From the IMG/VR virus record IMGVR_UViG_3300042691_048340: a stretch of 64,000 nt of DNA; one strand, written 5' to 3'. Shown piece by piece: positions 27,546-37,557 of the stretch (the stretch's first letter is position 1; every line of letters begins with the position of its first letter). The notes under the pieces are model-generated. The model did no database searches, was not told the DNA's origin, and worked only from the letters and a program-made list of their open reading frames with translations. Source of the DNA: an uncultured virus (IMG/VR IMGVR_UViG_3300042691_048340). Its lineage: Duplodnaviria > Heunggongvirae > Uroviricota > Caudoviricetes. A program made the position numbers and the translations under genes.

Positions 27546-29293
27546 CCTTCGATGTCAGTCATGCCATCCTTTATATTTACTTTCAGAAGTTGGATGTTTT
27601 TAGCGGCAAGACCGTATCTGTTGGCAGTAAGTTGTATGATATCGCCCGGTAAGCCAGTAAAAACGGGACTAGTAAAAGAACATAAGTAACGTTGCTGTTT
27701 TAACACGTCAAACCTTAGACCAGCTTCTACTACAGCATAGCGTGGCGTGAGTATCTCTACAGGACAAGCAAGTGCGCTTTGGTTATTTGTAGCATTTGAA
27801 CCGTATACGTTCGCTCGTAACTTTTTATTAACATTGTCAACTGCAGTCACTGGCCAGCTTCCCCGGTTCTTAGCGAGACACCCCCTAAATATCTTTAGTC
27901 CGTCACCAACTTGAATAATACTTAGGTCGGGCGAGCCCGAAAACGTAAAGTCCACTGAAGTGCCAGAAACAAAAGTTATCGTAGTGCAGGTAAGACTAAG
28001 CAAGTGGCTGTCTATGATGCTTTCCACTTGTTCTTGGTCTACGGCGTTTAGGTATGCCGTTTTCACGGAGTCATCAGAAACAGTTATAGTTCTGAAGTCG
28101 GAACCTAACCAACCGACCCGGGTTCTATCCGGGGCATTTGGATTCGTAACACTGCCAGCAAGGCGGTCAGCCTCCTGCACGGTATAGTTCTTCTCATAGC
28201 CTAGACGATAACGCCAACACGGGGCTGGAAGGGCCTTTATCTGAAGTGTGTCTCGCACACGTTTGTAGTCGTATATAACATCGGTTACGACCGGGTTTGA
28301 TAGGGGGGCTATCTTCACTACCGTGAACTTGCCGTCAAAGTTGAAAAAATATGCGCATCCAACACCAGAAAAGATCTTATCTAAAACATCCAAGATGTTT
28401 TCCCTTTGCGTGATGTACAGACCAACTGGATAGTTTGGTAAGTTATCGAACGAAGGTATATTGATGTCAGCGTTAGTTAAGCCACCAAAAACCGTTAAGA
28501 TATGCGTAACTATCAAGGTTGCCGTATCCAAAAAAACTCCGTTATACTTTATACCTTGTAAGTCTAGCGTGATCGTTCCCACTGGACTTGCTATCAACGT
28601 CACAGTGCCAGTAGTTAGGTCTACTGTATAACCGCTTGTTGGTGTTAGCGTAACGCCGTTGTCATAGACATCTACAACAGACTGTACAGTGCCATCGTTG
28701 TATTTATAAACTAAGGCATTTTCTTGAACTAAAACGGGCTCGATATTTCTCACGTAGCCAAACGCTAGCGGTATAGGCTCGTTTTTCTTAGGTCCAGTAG
28801 TGAGTATGTTCGAGTTAAGTGCCTTATCCAACAGTCCAATCTTATCACGAATCGTCACGGAAAACGTGTAAAAGTCTGAAAACTCTATATTTTCAATAGT
28901 CCCAACCATAAATGGCTGTAAGGTAAAGTTATTGTACGGCCAAGTTGCGTCACCAACTAAGATTTTTATCTCGCGTCCCGTAAAGCTATAGTCTATCCAA
29001 AAGTCTAGCCCTCCATCCGTGTTATCGATTGCCAAGTTCCCATAAGAGCTATCACCACGTGGTGAGTCCAAGAAGCCAATTTCCCTAGTAAAATCAAGAC
29101 CTGAGCCCATGAGAAGCCTAGGTAAGAACGTCGTGTTGGCGGGAGTATCAGTTGGTTCCGTGATGTAGTTTCTATTGGAGAGATAGAAAGTATCTTCCGT
29201 ATTCGTGAGCAGTGAAAAGCCTTTTAGGATGAGTAGTACACAACGGTTTCTGTCAAAGGAGGATAGCCATGCTTGGTACTCAGCCAAAGTCAT
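27536..29293 (-). CDS. Tail-tip/baseplate hub-like protein
   Basis: NTDGGLDFW, PLAFGYVRNIEPV, VYDNG motifs. Confidence 0.6.
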   Translation of the reverse strand: MTLAEYQAWLSSFDRNRCVLLILKGFSLLTNTEDTFYLSNRNYITEPTDTPANTTFLPRLLMGSGLDFTREIGFLDSPRGDSSYGNLAIDNTDGGLDFWIDYSFTGREIKILVGDATWPYNNFTLQPFMVGTIENIEFSDFYTFSVTIRDKIGLLDKALNSNILTTGPKKNEPIPLAFGYVRNIEPVLVQENALVYKYNDGTVQSVVDVYDNGVTLTPTSGYTVDLTTGTVTLIASPVGTITLDLQGIKYNGVFLDTATLIVTHILTVFGGLTNADINIPSFDNLPNYPVGLYITQRENILDVLDKIFSGVGCAYFFNFDGKFTVVKIAPLSNPVVTDVIYDYKRVRDTLQIKALPAPCWRYRLGYEKNYTVQEADRLAGSVTNPNAPDRTRVGWLGSDFRTITVSDDSVKTAYLNAVDQEQVESIIDSHLLSLTCTTITFVSGTSVDFTFSGSPDLSIIQVGDGLKIFRGCLAKNRGSWPVTAVDNVNKKLRANVYGSNATNNQSALACPVEILTPRYAVVEAGLRFDVLKQQRYLCSFTSPVFTGLPGDIIQLTANRYGLAAKNIQLLKVNIKDGMTDIEGWF

Positions 29294-29694
29294 TTTTCAG
29301 TCTCGCAGTTGCTTACGCAAACTTTAGATTCTAGCACAGTTCCACCACAACTCTTATAGCAAGTGTTGAACTTGGCTTTGTCATCATCACAAGCGTGAGT
29401 ACAGTTCTCATAGTGCTCAGTAGGCTCGGGTTTTAATGACTTGGCAATATCAAAACAAGTTGTGTTTGCACAACTCAAAGCTGTCTCATAGTACTCAGTG
29501 AGCCGCTTCTTATACTCTTTTTTAGTGCATGTAGTACAACTTAACTCAAGTTCTTTTGACAAGGAGTCGCAACTTTCTAAACATGCCTTTTGACTAGTGG
29601 GAGCTGCTGTATAGGTAAATTTTGTTTCGTATACAGGCTCCTGTGAACAGGACGATACTAAAAGTAAGCTTATAATGCTGGTTAGAGTCTTCAT
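29290..29694 (-). CDS. Cys-rich lipoprotein
   Basis: Lipobox-like LLVSSC; YxxCGG.V...CVSNC tail. Confidence 0.65.
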   Translation of the reverse strand: MKTLTSIISLLLVSSCSQEPVYETKFTYTAAPTSQKACLESCDSLSKELELSCTTCTKKEYKKRLTEYYETALSCANTTCFDIAKSLKPEPTEHYENCTHACDDDKAKFNTCYKSCGGTVLESKVCVSNCETEK

Positions 29695-29698
29695 GGTT

Positions 29699-29887
29699 TT
29701 ATGGCCCTTTATGAGGGTTAAAGCCTAAAGTAAGCGTTGGCAGAGCTAAAATCAAACAAAACACTTCTAGCAACGCGTTATACCAGTCCCACGTCATGAG
29801 TCCAAAGTTGACGAGGTAGTAGTCAGTAAGGACTACTAAAAAAGCGAGCACTCCTATAGCTTTTGTTGTCATAGGTAAGCTAGTCAT
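29699..29887 (-). CDS. Small 2-TM membrane protein
   Basis: Hydrophobic 62 aa, ATGA overlap with terL. Confidence 0.5.
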   Translation of the reverse strand: MTSLPMTTKAIGVLAFLVVLTDYYLVNFGLMTWDWYNALLEVFCLILALPTLTLGFNPHKGP

Positions 29888-31197
29888 AAAGTTCCTCTCT
29901 TGTTTTTTAAAATGGTACTTATGCCCGTGCGCGGGCGAGTAACGATGCCTTCTATGCCACTATACTCCGTTTTTCTAAGTTTGGCTGAAAAAAGTGCGTA
30001 GCGGATGCAATCTGGCAGATGGTCATCAATCTTTAAAGGTTGTTCCTTCCCACGAGTATAAGCTCGCGTGTCCCATGAGTAGCTATAAAGGTGTTTGATA
30101 GACATGGTACAAGACGAGTCCACAAGGAACTGTTTTTTGGAGATGAGAGTGTACACATACTGGATACCTTCCATGACTTCATTTTGGGCCGGGCTAACTG
30201 GTATGCCGGCATGACGTAAGGCTATGATAAAGGAGGCTGCCGAGGGGTCAACATAGAAACCTTCTAGGGAGGCTACTGGTATGTCAAGTTTCTCTAAAAA
30301 GTCTTTAATGGCGAACACGTACTCCTCATCACTCTTCTGTACAGAGTGTTGCTTTGAGTCGTAGTAGTATTCAGCAAGTTGGTATATCGTTTTCCCATCA
30401 TCATCCAAACCGAAAACGCAAAATGCCAGCGGGTTAACAGTTCCATAGTCGCAAGCAGCCCAGAGTCTTTGGAAACGCGGTATGTGCTGTTTCATATCGG
30501 TAACTATGTTCTCATCACTAAAACAGTCGTATATTGTTCCACTTCCAGCTACCCATAGTCCCTCGATATACCTTTTTTGCCAAACGCCGGAATACTCTCT
30601 TTTTAGGGACTCGATGTAGTCCTTATCGAGAAAGGGATTGTCGTACAAAGTGAACTGGAAAACTTGTTTATTTTTCACTTCCGGAGAGTCTATGAAGTCG
30701 GTTTTCAGCCAGTGCGTCGGAACATCTGGGTTTGTTGTACCAAAAAGCCGCGCCCCCTTCACAGATAAACGACTAAGCAACATCAACCAAAAGGACTTTG
30801 GATATGTTGTCACCTCATCGCAGTAAGCAGCTACAAGTGTTGGCCCCTGAAGTCGTTTATAACTCGACTCATCGTTGCCAGAGATGATATGCGTTGTCCT
30901 TCCAAAAAGCCAACCTATACGTCTTCCTATGGAGAAGTCGCAGAGTGGCGGCCCCCCTAGAAAGTTCATAAGTGGAAGTAAAATATTGCGATAGATAGTA
31001 TCGCTCGTATGACCTGTTATAACAAGTTCTCCTTGAGGGGAGTTATTTAGCCATGCCATAAAGGAGAGAAGAGATGTCACTGTTTTAGCGGAACGTACAC
31101 TCCCAACCCACAGGTTCAGTCTTTTTCCAGTGCTATGACTAGAGGCTACTATGGACTTATGGAGGATGGAGTTACGGGGCGGAAGTTTCCATGACAT
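29884..31197 (-). CDS. terL: Terminase large subunit (PBSX family)
   Basis: GSVRSAKT, AYCDEV, GTTNPD, DYGTVNP, DPSAASF, DDHLPDCIRY. Confidence 0.92.
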   Translation of the reverse strand: MSWKLPPRNSILHKSIVASSHSTGKRLNLWVGSVRSAKTVTSLLSFMAWLNNSPQGELVITGHTSDTIYRNILLPLMNFLGGPPLCDFSIGRRIGWLFGRTTHIISGNDESSYKRLQGPTLVAAYCDEVTTYPKSFWLMLLSRLSVKGARLFGTTNPDVPTHWLKTDFIDSPEVKNKQVFQFTLYDNPFLDKDYIESLKREYSGVWQKRYIEGLWVAGSGTIYDCFSDENIVTDMKQHIPRFQRLWAACDYGTVNPLAFCVFGLDDDGKTIYQLAEYYYDSKQHSVQKSDEEYVFAIKDFLEKLDIPVASLEGFYVDPSAASFIIALRHAGIPVSPAQNEVMEGIQYVYTLISKKQFLVDSSCTMSIKHLYSYSWDTRAYTRGKEQPLKIDDHLPDCIRYALFSAKLRKTEYSGIEGIVTRPRTGISTILKNKRGTL

Positions 31198-31203
31198 AAC
31201 GTA

Positions 31204-31830
31204 CTAGTGCCTATGTAAAAAATGCTTACAGATAAGATGCAGAGCAGTTCCATCAGCGTTTTTGTTTGAAGAGTGGGGCATGGGCTCGTTTAAAGCGAGT
31301 TTTGCCTCTTTTATGGCAGTGTTGACAGTATCTAACTGTTCCTTATGCAAGGTAAAAGTTAGTGTTGTTAATGACGAGTTATCTTCAAACGGTAACTTAC
31401 TAAGTTCCTCTTCCATGCTACTAGACTCAAGTAACTTTGCAATATCCTCCGTTGTCCAAAGTTCTTTTAAGAAGTCGCTGCTTAAAGAGTCTAAGTCAAA
31501 GTTTACAACATCCGCATTCCATGCCAAGTTAGCTTCAGCTACTTTATTGTCCGCATAAGCCAACTCTCGCGCTTTCACGTGTTCTAGTAAGTTCAAGTCA
31601 GTGCGTTTCACGACAACGAGCGTGCTACCATCCGTTTCCACTTCCACTGTTTTACTTAAGCCGACTGCTTTTGCAGCCTCCAGCGTCTTGTTTCCAGCTA
31701 TAACATTGCCGGCCTGGTCTACAAGTATTGAACGGCCCGCCCCTAAACGCTCTAGTGAGAATTTCAACAAATCTTGTCCGCGCTTAGTGCCTAAGTTTGC
31801 GTTATGTGTATCTTTTTTATACGTTTTCAC
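31204..31830 (-). CDS. ParB/Srx-like protein
   Basis: GRSILVD..VIAGNKTLEAA, AYADNKVAE..W. Confidence 0.7.
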   Translation of the reverse strand: MKTYKKDTHNANLGTKRGQDLLKFSLERLGAGRSILVDQAGNVIAGNKTLEAAKAVGLSKTVEVETDGSTLVVVKRTDLNLLEHVKARELAYADNKVAEANLAWNADVVNFDLDSLSSDFLKELWTTEDIAKLLESSSMEEELSKLPFEDNSSLTTLTFTLHKEQLDTVNTAIKEAKLALNEPMPHSSNKNADGTALHLICKHFLHRH

Positions 31831-32212
31831 TCGTCACCTCCGGCCCTCCCTGAAGGATATTATCAGTTAGCCTCTCTAAAACACTAGTCACATCTTCTTT
31901 TTGAAGTTCAGCACCGTTCCCATAACCGCGCCTACGGCCTTCTTTGCTATTTGACAGAAAGTACATGACAGCTTTCAGGCTTCTATGTTTAAACATGTGC
32001 TCGTATAAGACATTTTCCGCCATATCCCCCACTTCCTCTTGTTTCCTCTCTTGCTCCTCCTGTAACTCTTGTTTTAAGTCGGGCCACTTTTTTAAACACT
32101 CGTAAAGTCCTTGTCTCGATATGCCTAACTTCGTACATATAAGTCGTCTAATACCTCCGCTTCCCTTTATGGCTCGCTTAACACGAGAGTGAGTAAACCT
32201 CACTTTTCCCAT
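31817..32212 (-). CDS. Putative terminase small subunit
   Basis: HTH-like N-terminus (LGISRQGLY), AE..L...AVMYFL...RGY; upstream of terL. Confidence 0.6.
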   Translation of the reverse strand: MGKVRFTHSRVKRAIKGSGGIRRLICTKLGISRQGLYECLKKWPDLKQELQEEQERKQEEVGDMAENVLYEHMFKHRSLKAVMYFLSNSKEGRRRGYGNGAELQKEDVTSVLERLTDNILQGGPEVTSENV

Positions 32213-32251
32213 ATAGTTTCTCCTTTACATTTTTTTACAAGTTTTTATAAA

Positions 32252-33391
32252 CTATAGAATTATAGGCATAACTACCCAACGAGTGAACTCGTCAGTCTCA
32301 TGCTGTGTTATCAACACACTAGAGTTGGCGTCGGTAAACGCGAAACGGGCGGTATCAGATGAGATCACGTTTAAGACATCGTAAAGGTACTGTCCGTTGA
32401 AACCTATCTTAAGTGGGCTGCCTGTATAATCTACAGTCAGTTCCTCAAAGGCTTCTTCATGAGTAGAGTTTGTCGCATATAACTGAAGCAAGTTTTCACT
32501 TAAAACCAAACGCAGGCACTTGTGCCGTTCACTTGAAAGTAGCATAACACGGCGTATGGCACTCTTTAGTAGGCTTGTATCCGCAACCAGTACCATATTT
32601 GCATGTTGCGGTATAACTGCCCGCCAGTCTGGATATGTTCCAACTAGTAAGCGTGTTGTAAATACTATGTAGTCACGAAAACTAAACTGGCAGTAGTTTT
32701 CAGTACACAGTAGTGTTACTTGCTCAGTGTTTGGTAGTAACTTCAAAAGTTCCAACACAGCTTTTCGTGGGATTATTGCACTGAGATCAGTGTCACCAAG
32801 GCTGTTATTTGGACTCGAGTTAGTAACCGCTAAACGATACCCGTCTGTAGTTGCCAAAAAGAGTTGCCCTGCCCGCAACTCCAACTTGGCACCGACAAGG
32901 TGCTGTCTAACGTCAGTGCTTGCCATACAAAAGGCTACGTTGGACAAAAAATACTTCAAGTCTACAGTAGCTATAGTGAAAGTGAGCGTCCTATCCAACT
33001 CAGCCAAAAGATGTTTATCTTTATGTTCTGGGTAGTCTTCTGCTGGTAAAGTTTTCAAAGTAAATCTGCTTTTACCTGCTTTCAGTATAAGAAGTTGGTC
33101 TTTTTTTTGGGAAAAGTGGAGAAGGGTATCTGGTGGTAAAGAGCCCACTATATCCAACAACTTGTGAGGTATAGCAGTAGATACGCCGGAAGAGTACTCC
33201 GAGGGAGCAAGAGGGAACTTATAGCGTAGTTCAAGTTCACCGTCACCAGCCGTGATACTGAGCCCTTCAGTGGTCAAAGAGAAGAGATAGTGGGAAAGTA
33301 TAGTCGACTGGTTTTGATGAGATACGCCAATAACAGAAGAGGCAAGTTTAAGTGGTGGGAATAAGTCTTTTTTGGCAATAGTTAGTTCCAT
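32252..33391 (-). CDS. dnaN: DNA polymerase III beta sliding clamp
   Basis: TTDGYRLA, IIPRKAVLEL, YPDWRAVIP, IGFNGQYL, VVMPI. Confidence 0.95.
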   Translation of the reverse strand: MELTIAKKDLFPPLKLASSVIGVSHQNQSTILSHYLFSLTTEGLSITAGDGELELRYKFPLAPSEYSSGVSTAIPHKLLDIVGSLPPDTLLHFSQKKDQLLILKAGKSRFTLKTLPAEDYPEHKDKHLLAELDRTLTFTIATVDLKYFLSNVAFCMASTDVRQHLVGAKLELRAGQLFLATTDGYRLAVTNSSPNNSLGDTDLSAIIPRKAVLELLKLLPNTEQVTLLCTENYCQFSFRDYIVFTTRLLVGTYPDWRAVIPQHANMVLVADTSLLKSAIRRVMLLSSERHKCLRLVLSENLLQLYATNSTHEEAFEELTVDYTGSPLKIGFNGQYLYDVLNVISSDTARFAFTDANSSVLITQHETDEFTRWVVMPIIL

Positions 33392-33398
33392 AAAAGTC

Positions 33399-34109
33399 CT
33401 AAGTAAGTAGTGTTTTGTGCCAAGGGCGAAACCAGTAAGGCGGCGTCCAACCTCCTAGCGGCCCGTATGGCTTTCCAAAGTACTGTGAGGGCACTGGACG
33501 GCGTGACAGTATGTCGTTTAGTGTAGTCGCTGACTCATCAACCTCAACCTGCCAGTCGAGGACATAACCAGCCCCCTGCGCCGACTTTTTCCCTAGAAAG
33601 GTAATATACGTTGAAAGAAGTCTATACAGTTCAGCTTTGTTAGCTATACAGTGAGCAGTAAGTGTGGCACAGTTCAGTATAGACATAGGAACGCGGTACT
33701 CCTTGAACACTCCTCTTGTTGTAGGAGTGTTGGGCCTTGCACAGTAGTGTATAACTTCCCTAGCAGGGAAACGTTTATGCCAGTAGTCTGTGCTTTTAGC
33801 AAGAGTAGCGTCAGGCTGTAAGTTGCTACTAGCAAAGAGCGGTAAAGCATCTTCCGAAAGCCAAACGACTTCCAGTGGAAGTGGTATCACTTTTGGCTCT
33901 GACTTTTTTAGAGGAGACAAAACTGAAGCTACATCCAAAGACACTGCCGACGCTAAAACACTATCCAGATGCAGTACGCCGTCCGAAGAAGCTGGGATAA
34001 AGCTACTTCCCATCAAGCATGTAACACGCAAAAGTTGTTTGGGAAGGGCTTGATAGTCTTCCCATAAGGAACGAAAGTAAGCATAGTCCCTAACATGAGT
34101 TACTTGCAT
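33399..34109 (-). CDS. csf3: Type IV CRISPR Cas5-group RAMP (Csf3)
   Basis: LHLDSVLA, PLPL, WHKR, GVFKEYRVP, Gly loop LGKKSAQGAG, RPVP, PPYW. Confidence 0.82.
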   Translation of the reverse strand: MQVTHVRDYAYFRSLWEDYQALPKQLLRVTCLMGSSFIPASSDGVLHLDSVLASAVSLDVASVLSPLKKSEPKVIPLPLEVVWLSEDALPLFASSNLQPDATLAKSTDYWHKRFPAREVIHYCARPNTPTTRGVFKEYRVPMSILNCATLTAHCIANKAELYRLLSTYITFLGKKSAQGAGYVLDWQVEVDESATTLNDILSRRPVPSQYFGKPYGPLGGWTPPYWFRPWHKTLLT

Positions 34110-34954
34110 AAAACTTTCCCAGAACCTAACGTCCCATCCAAAAGATAGGACGCTAGCTTAGCACTGCTGTTAGCAACATAGTCAGCGTAAGCTGCGCCGT
34201 CCGGTATATTGGCATCCTCTATAGCCATCAAACCCCTTCCTTGCCTAGCTTGCCCACCAAAGAAACCATCCCAACAACGCCCCAGTGAAAAACCTAAAGC
34301 GGAGTGACATAACTCAGAGGCATATGGGGAAAGTACAAACTTAACAAAAAAGCGTGTTCCAGCGGCCAAAGTTTCGTAAGTATAGATCATCTGAGTACCT
34401 TCACTTTCATCACCCGTACCCCGAGTTCTCGTCTCTTCTCCAAGCAGGTCGAAGATAGATAGCTTACTTGCCTCAGTGACAAGATGCTCACCGGCAACAT
34501 ACTTTAAACAGTCTTCATACTCTCGTGTGATAGGCCATATAACGAGCCGTAAGGCACTTTGAGGAAGTATAAAGTTATCAACTGCACCGCTCAGTAACTC
34601 TAACATGGGAAAGTTGTGAAAAACAGACTGAGCTAGGCTAAACTCGTCACCAGGTGACTTTGCACCCCCACTAAGATTCCCCCCAGCAAACAGTAAGTTA
34701 ATGACGCCTTTACTTAGTTTGCTACCGCTGGCAAAGTTACAACGCTGCAACAAGTCAACTGCTAGTGGCCGGCGAATAGCAACAGTGCGAAAACTGTTTT
34801 CGGATAGAGTGGGAACACGTGTGGGTAAACCTTTTACGCGGCATAAACTACGCATAAAAAGGCGTATGTTACTACTACTGTTTACGCCCGTGAGCGTATC
34901 ACCATGCGAGATAGGTGACAGTGCTTTAAGAATAAGTGAGTAAGAAGTAGTCAT
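34100..34954 (-). CDS. csf2: Type IV CRISPR Cas7-group backbone (Csf2)
   Basis: ALSPISHG, VPTLSENSFR, LFAGGNL, FPMLELLSG, QMIY..E, GGQARQGRG loop. Confidence 0.85.
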   Translation of the reverse strand: MTTSYSLILKALSPISHGDTLTGVNSSSNIRLFMRSLCRVKGLPTRVPTLSENSFRTVAIRRPLAVDLLQRCNFASGSKLSKGVINLLFAGGNLSGGAKSPGDEFSLAQSVFHNFPMLELLSGAVDNFILPQSALRLVIWPITREYEDCLKYVAGEHLVTEASKLSIFDLLGEETRTRGTGDESEGTQMIYTYETLAAGTRFFVKFVLSPYASELCHSALGFSLGRCWDGFFGGQARQGRGLMAIEDANIPDGAAYADYVANSSAKLASYLLDGTLGSGKVLCK

Positions 34955-35418
34955 AAGAGTGGTAGGGGGTCATCAAATACAGGAGTGGGGCTGAGTGAAG
35001 AATCGTCTGAAGTGACTTTAGCATGTTCTAGTAGGCTACGAGCTATAAGTATCAACTCTGCCGCACGAGTAGCAAGAGCATGTAGTGTCTCGTGTTGTTC
35101 CGTGCTAGCTAACAACCATACTTCAAGCAACTCAGCATCGGTTGACTTACTAGCTATGGGGCAAGCCAGCTTCTGTCGAAGGTTACTCCAAAAGTCTAGT
35201 AGTGTTTGGGACTGTATGGCAGCAACTTTCATACGCTCTTCTAAAAACTGGTAGCGGGCCATACCGCTAAAAAGGCCAGTCCCATCCTTACTATTGTAAA
35301 CCTTTATGAAAAGTTTTATGAGGTTTACAGCGCGCTGTTGGGGTAAGGGAAGTTGTTTATATAGTGAAGCTATAGGGTTTTCAGGTGTCATAGTTGTCAT
35401 ATGCACTTGCAAGTGCAA
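34951..35418 (-). CDS. Putative Cas11-like small subunit (type IV-B)
   Basis: Helical ~150 aa directly before csf2 with ATGA overlap; call is positional. Confidence 0.6.
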   Translation of the reverse strand: MHLQVHMTTMTPENPIASLYKQLPLPQQRAVNLIKLFIKVYNSKDGTGLFSGMARYQFLEERMKVAAIQSQTLLDFWSNLRQKLACPIASKSTDAELLEVWLLASTEQHETLHALATRAAELILIARSLLEHAKVTSDDSSLSPTPVFDDPLPLL

Positions 35419-36127
35419 GTTCCAGGTTTTTTAACGCAATGGTTGTCCAGTCTACTTGTTTTATGTCGAATACTTCTTTTTCGTAACTTTTTGACTTCCA
35501 ACATACGCCTCGTTGGGCGTCGGTATAGTATGATATGCTGTCGATGGAGTCAAAGCCGCAAGAGTGCCAGTCATACACGTCCCGTGCACTAAAGCCAGCC
35601 CCGAAAACATGTGCCCATGCACTTGGATGGTATAGGCTTATAAGCCTCCTTAAAAAGGCTAGTTCATGCTTAGCTTCTAAAGGGCTTATACCCGGGTTAG
35701 CTAGTGCTATAAAGTCTAGCTCCGGCGTTAAGCCACCTTTAACTAGAGCCTTATAGAACTCTAGTTGTTTAGTCAGCAAACTTAAGTCTAAACAAGTAGA
35801 GGTGCACTGTAAGACAGGAAAAACCTTCACGGTGGGGGAAACTTTATACCACTCTTCGTATGCCCGCATGGTTTTGGCTGGGCTTAAAACAACGTCGGGA
35901 ACGGCACAGTATGTGCCGGCAACTTGACCATACTTCTCATAGTAACTGCGCAAGGACTCTATATAGTTGGCCGGCCGGGCTCGCTTACTCATGTAAAAGT
36001 AGAACGCTCCACTATCGAGTATAGTTAGTGTACTAGAGTACTTTGGCTCGTTTGGATATGCAAAGAGCTTAGCATACTCTTGAGGAACGAGTTTATCCAC
36101 GCGACGCTCATAACAAGCTACAAACAT
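35381..36127 (-). CDS. TGT-fold (tRNA-guanine transglycosylase/DpdA-like) protein
   Basis: ILDSGAF, PDV, PVLQ, HVFG, DSIDS motifs. Confidence 0.72.
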   Translation of the reverse strand: MFVACYERRVDKLVPQEYAKLFAYPNEPKYSSTLTILDSGAFYFYMSKRARPANYIESLRSYYEKYGQVAGTYCAVPDVVLSPAKTMRAYEEWYKVSPTVKVFPVLQCTSTCLDLSLLTKQLEFYKALVKGGLTPELDFIALANPGISPLEAKHELAFLRRLISLYHPSAWAHVFGAGFSARDVYDWHSCGFDSIDSISYYTDAQRGVCWKSKSYEKEVFDIKQVDWTTIALKNLELALASAYDNYDT

Positions 36128-36141
36128 AGAGAGGTAGTGCC

Positions 36142-36825
36142 TTATGTAGTCTGAGTACTAGTGTTAGCATATAGTGTAGTATCCTGTATCCTAGCAGCAG
36201 CAAAAGCCGCCTGCCTCTCATGACAAGCAGCGCACTGACCACACTGAACTACCTCAGAGTTATAACACGTCCATGTCTTTGAAAGTTCTAAGCCAAGTGA
36301 CTCCCCTAAAAGAAGTACATCTGACTTGGCCATGTTTACAAACGGGTTCAACAACTTGAGTGGGTATCCATAACCATCATTTCCGAGTTTAAGTGCCTCG
36401 TGAAGTGCCTTAGTGAAGGCATCACGACAGTCCGGATAAAGCTTATAGTCATCGGCATGGGCAGCATAGGCTATGGCATCACAGTCTTGCGACATAGCGA
36501 CAGCATAAGCTATGGATAGAAAAATAGCGTTTCGGTTGGGAACAAACGTTACCCTAGCCTCTTCACTCGCATGGTGACAGTTGGGGTTAGTGAGCTTAGT
36601 ATCTGTCAGAGAGGAGTATAGGTGTTGAGCCAAGTCGAGCGTTAGTTTTATGAGTGGTATATCCAAACTTTTTTGGATGGCATCCAAACTTGCCAACTCA
36701 CCCAGCCGGCTTTTATGACCATAGCTAACGTGTATGCCACGCACATCATGGCCCTTTCTTTTTTTTAAGTAAGCTGCCAGTGTTGAGGAGTCTAAACCAC
36801 CACTCATAGCTACTAAGACACGCAT
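36142..36825 (-). CDS. queC: 7-cyano-7-deazaguanine synthase QueC
   Basis: SGGLDS PP-loop, VPNRNAIFLS, YPDCR, TWTCY...CGQCAAC zinc site. Confidence 0.93.
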   Translation of the reverse strand: MRVLVAMSGGLDSSTLAAYLKKRKGHDVRGIHVSYGHKSRLGELASLDAIQKSLDIPLIKLTLDLAQHLYSSLTDTKLTNPNCHHASEEARVTFVPNRNAIFLSIAYAVAMSQDCDAIAYAAHADDYKLYPDCRDAFTKALHEALKLGNDGYGYPLKLLNPFVNMAKSDVLLLGESLGLELSKTWTCYNSEVVQCGQCAACHERQAAFAAARIQDTTLYANTSTQTT

Positions 36826-37538
36826 ACCACATGCTCCTTAGCCCCTGCTATCAGGAGGCTTGGTAGAAAGTAAGCTTCTCCTCTTACAGCTTTTAGCTGA
36901 GACTCCAAGCTAAAAACCTTATCCGCACCAAGCTTAGTAGCAAGCTTAGTAACTTTTTTCAAGTCGGTAAGCAGTCCGTAAGCGCACGCTCGTTTAGAAA
37001 AACCTAAAACTAAACAGTGAGAAAGTACTTCACAAAGAGCCAAACAAGAAGCTAAGTTAAAAGTTCTAAACTCACTAACATCGTACTCGGAACAGTGTAC
37101 ATACAGTCCAAAGCTGCGCAGTGTCCGTTGTCTCGTCATAGGCCAAAGTCGCGGCTTGGGATCGGTAGTAAGTACGCCGATGCAGGGTGTATCTGCTTCT
37201 AGTTTTGACGCCTCGCTAAGAACTTCATACCAACTCGGACGTTCTTTTGTAGCACTATCGTGGGATAACATAGGCCAGTATATCTTATCCCCCACTGCGA
37301 AAACGTTTCTATGCGTTTCAGTCGGTTTAGAGTACATCCATGCGCAGGCCTCACAAACATACTCACCATTTAAAAATTCGACTTGACGACTAAAGGCATC
37401 TCCCGCAAGGGAACTAGCGGCTACGGCATGTTGTAGCTCCTGCCCACAAGTGGCACAGTATCCACGAACTTCGATAAGCTTATACTTTCCCAGTGGGCGA
37501 GCGGAGTTTTCCCAAAGAAGTTTCACGCATATTCTCAT
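36813..37538 (-). CDS. csf1: Type IV CRISPR large subunit (Csf1, Cas8-like)
   Basis: N-terminal CATCG...F...VCEACAW zinc finger; heads the operon containing csf2/csf3. Confidence 0.72.
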   Translation of the reverse strand: MRICVKLLWENSARPLGKYKLIEVRGYCATCGQELQHAVAASSLAGDAFSRQVEFLNGEYVCEACAWMYSKPTETHRNVFAVGDKIYWPMLSHDSATKERPSWYEVLSEASKLEADTPCIGVLTTDPKPRLWPMTRQRTLRSFGLYVHCSEYDVSEFRTFNLASCLALCEVLSHCLVLGFSKRACAYGLLTDLKKVTKLATKLGADKVFSLESQLKAVRGEAYFLPSLLIAGAKEHVVCVS

Positions 37539-37557
37539 TATTCATAGCAGTTAGGAG

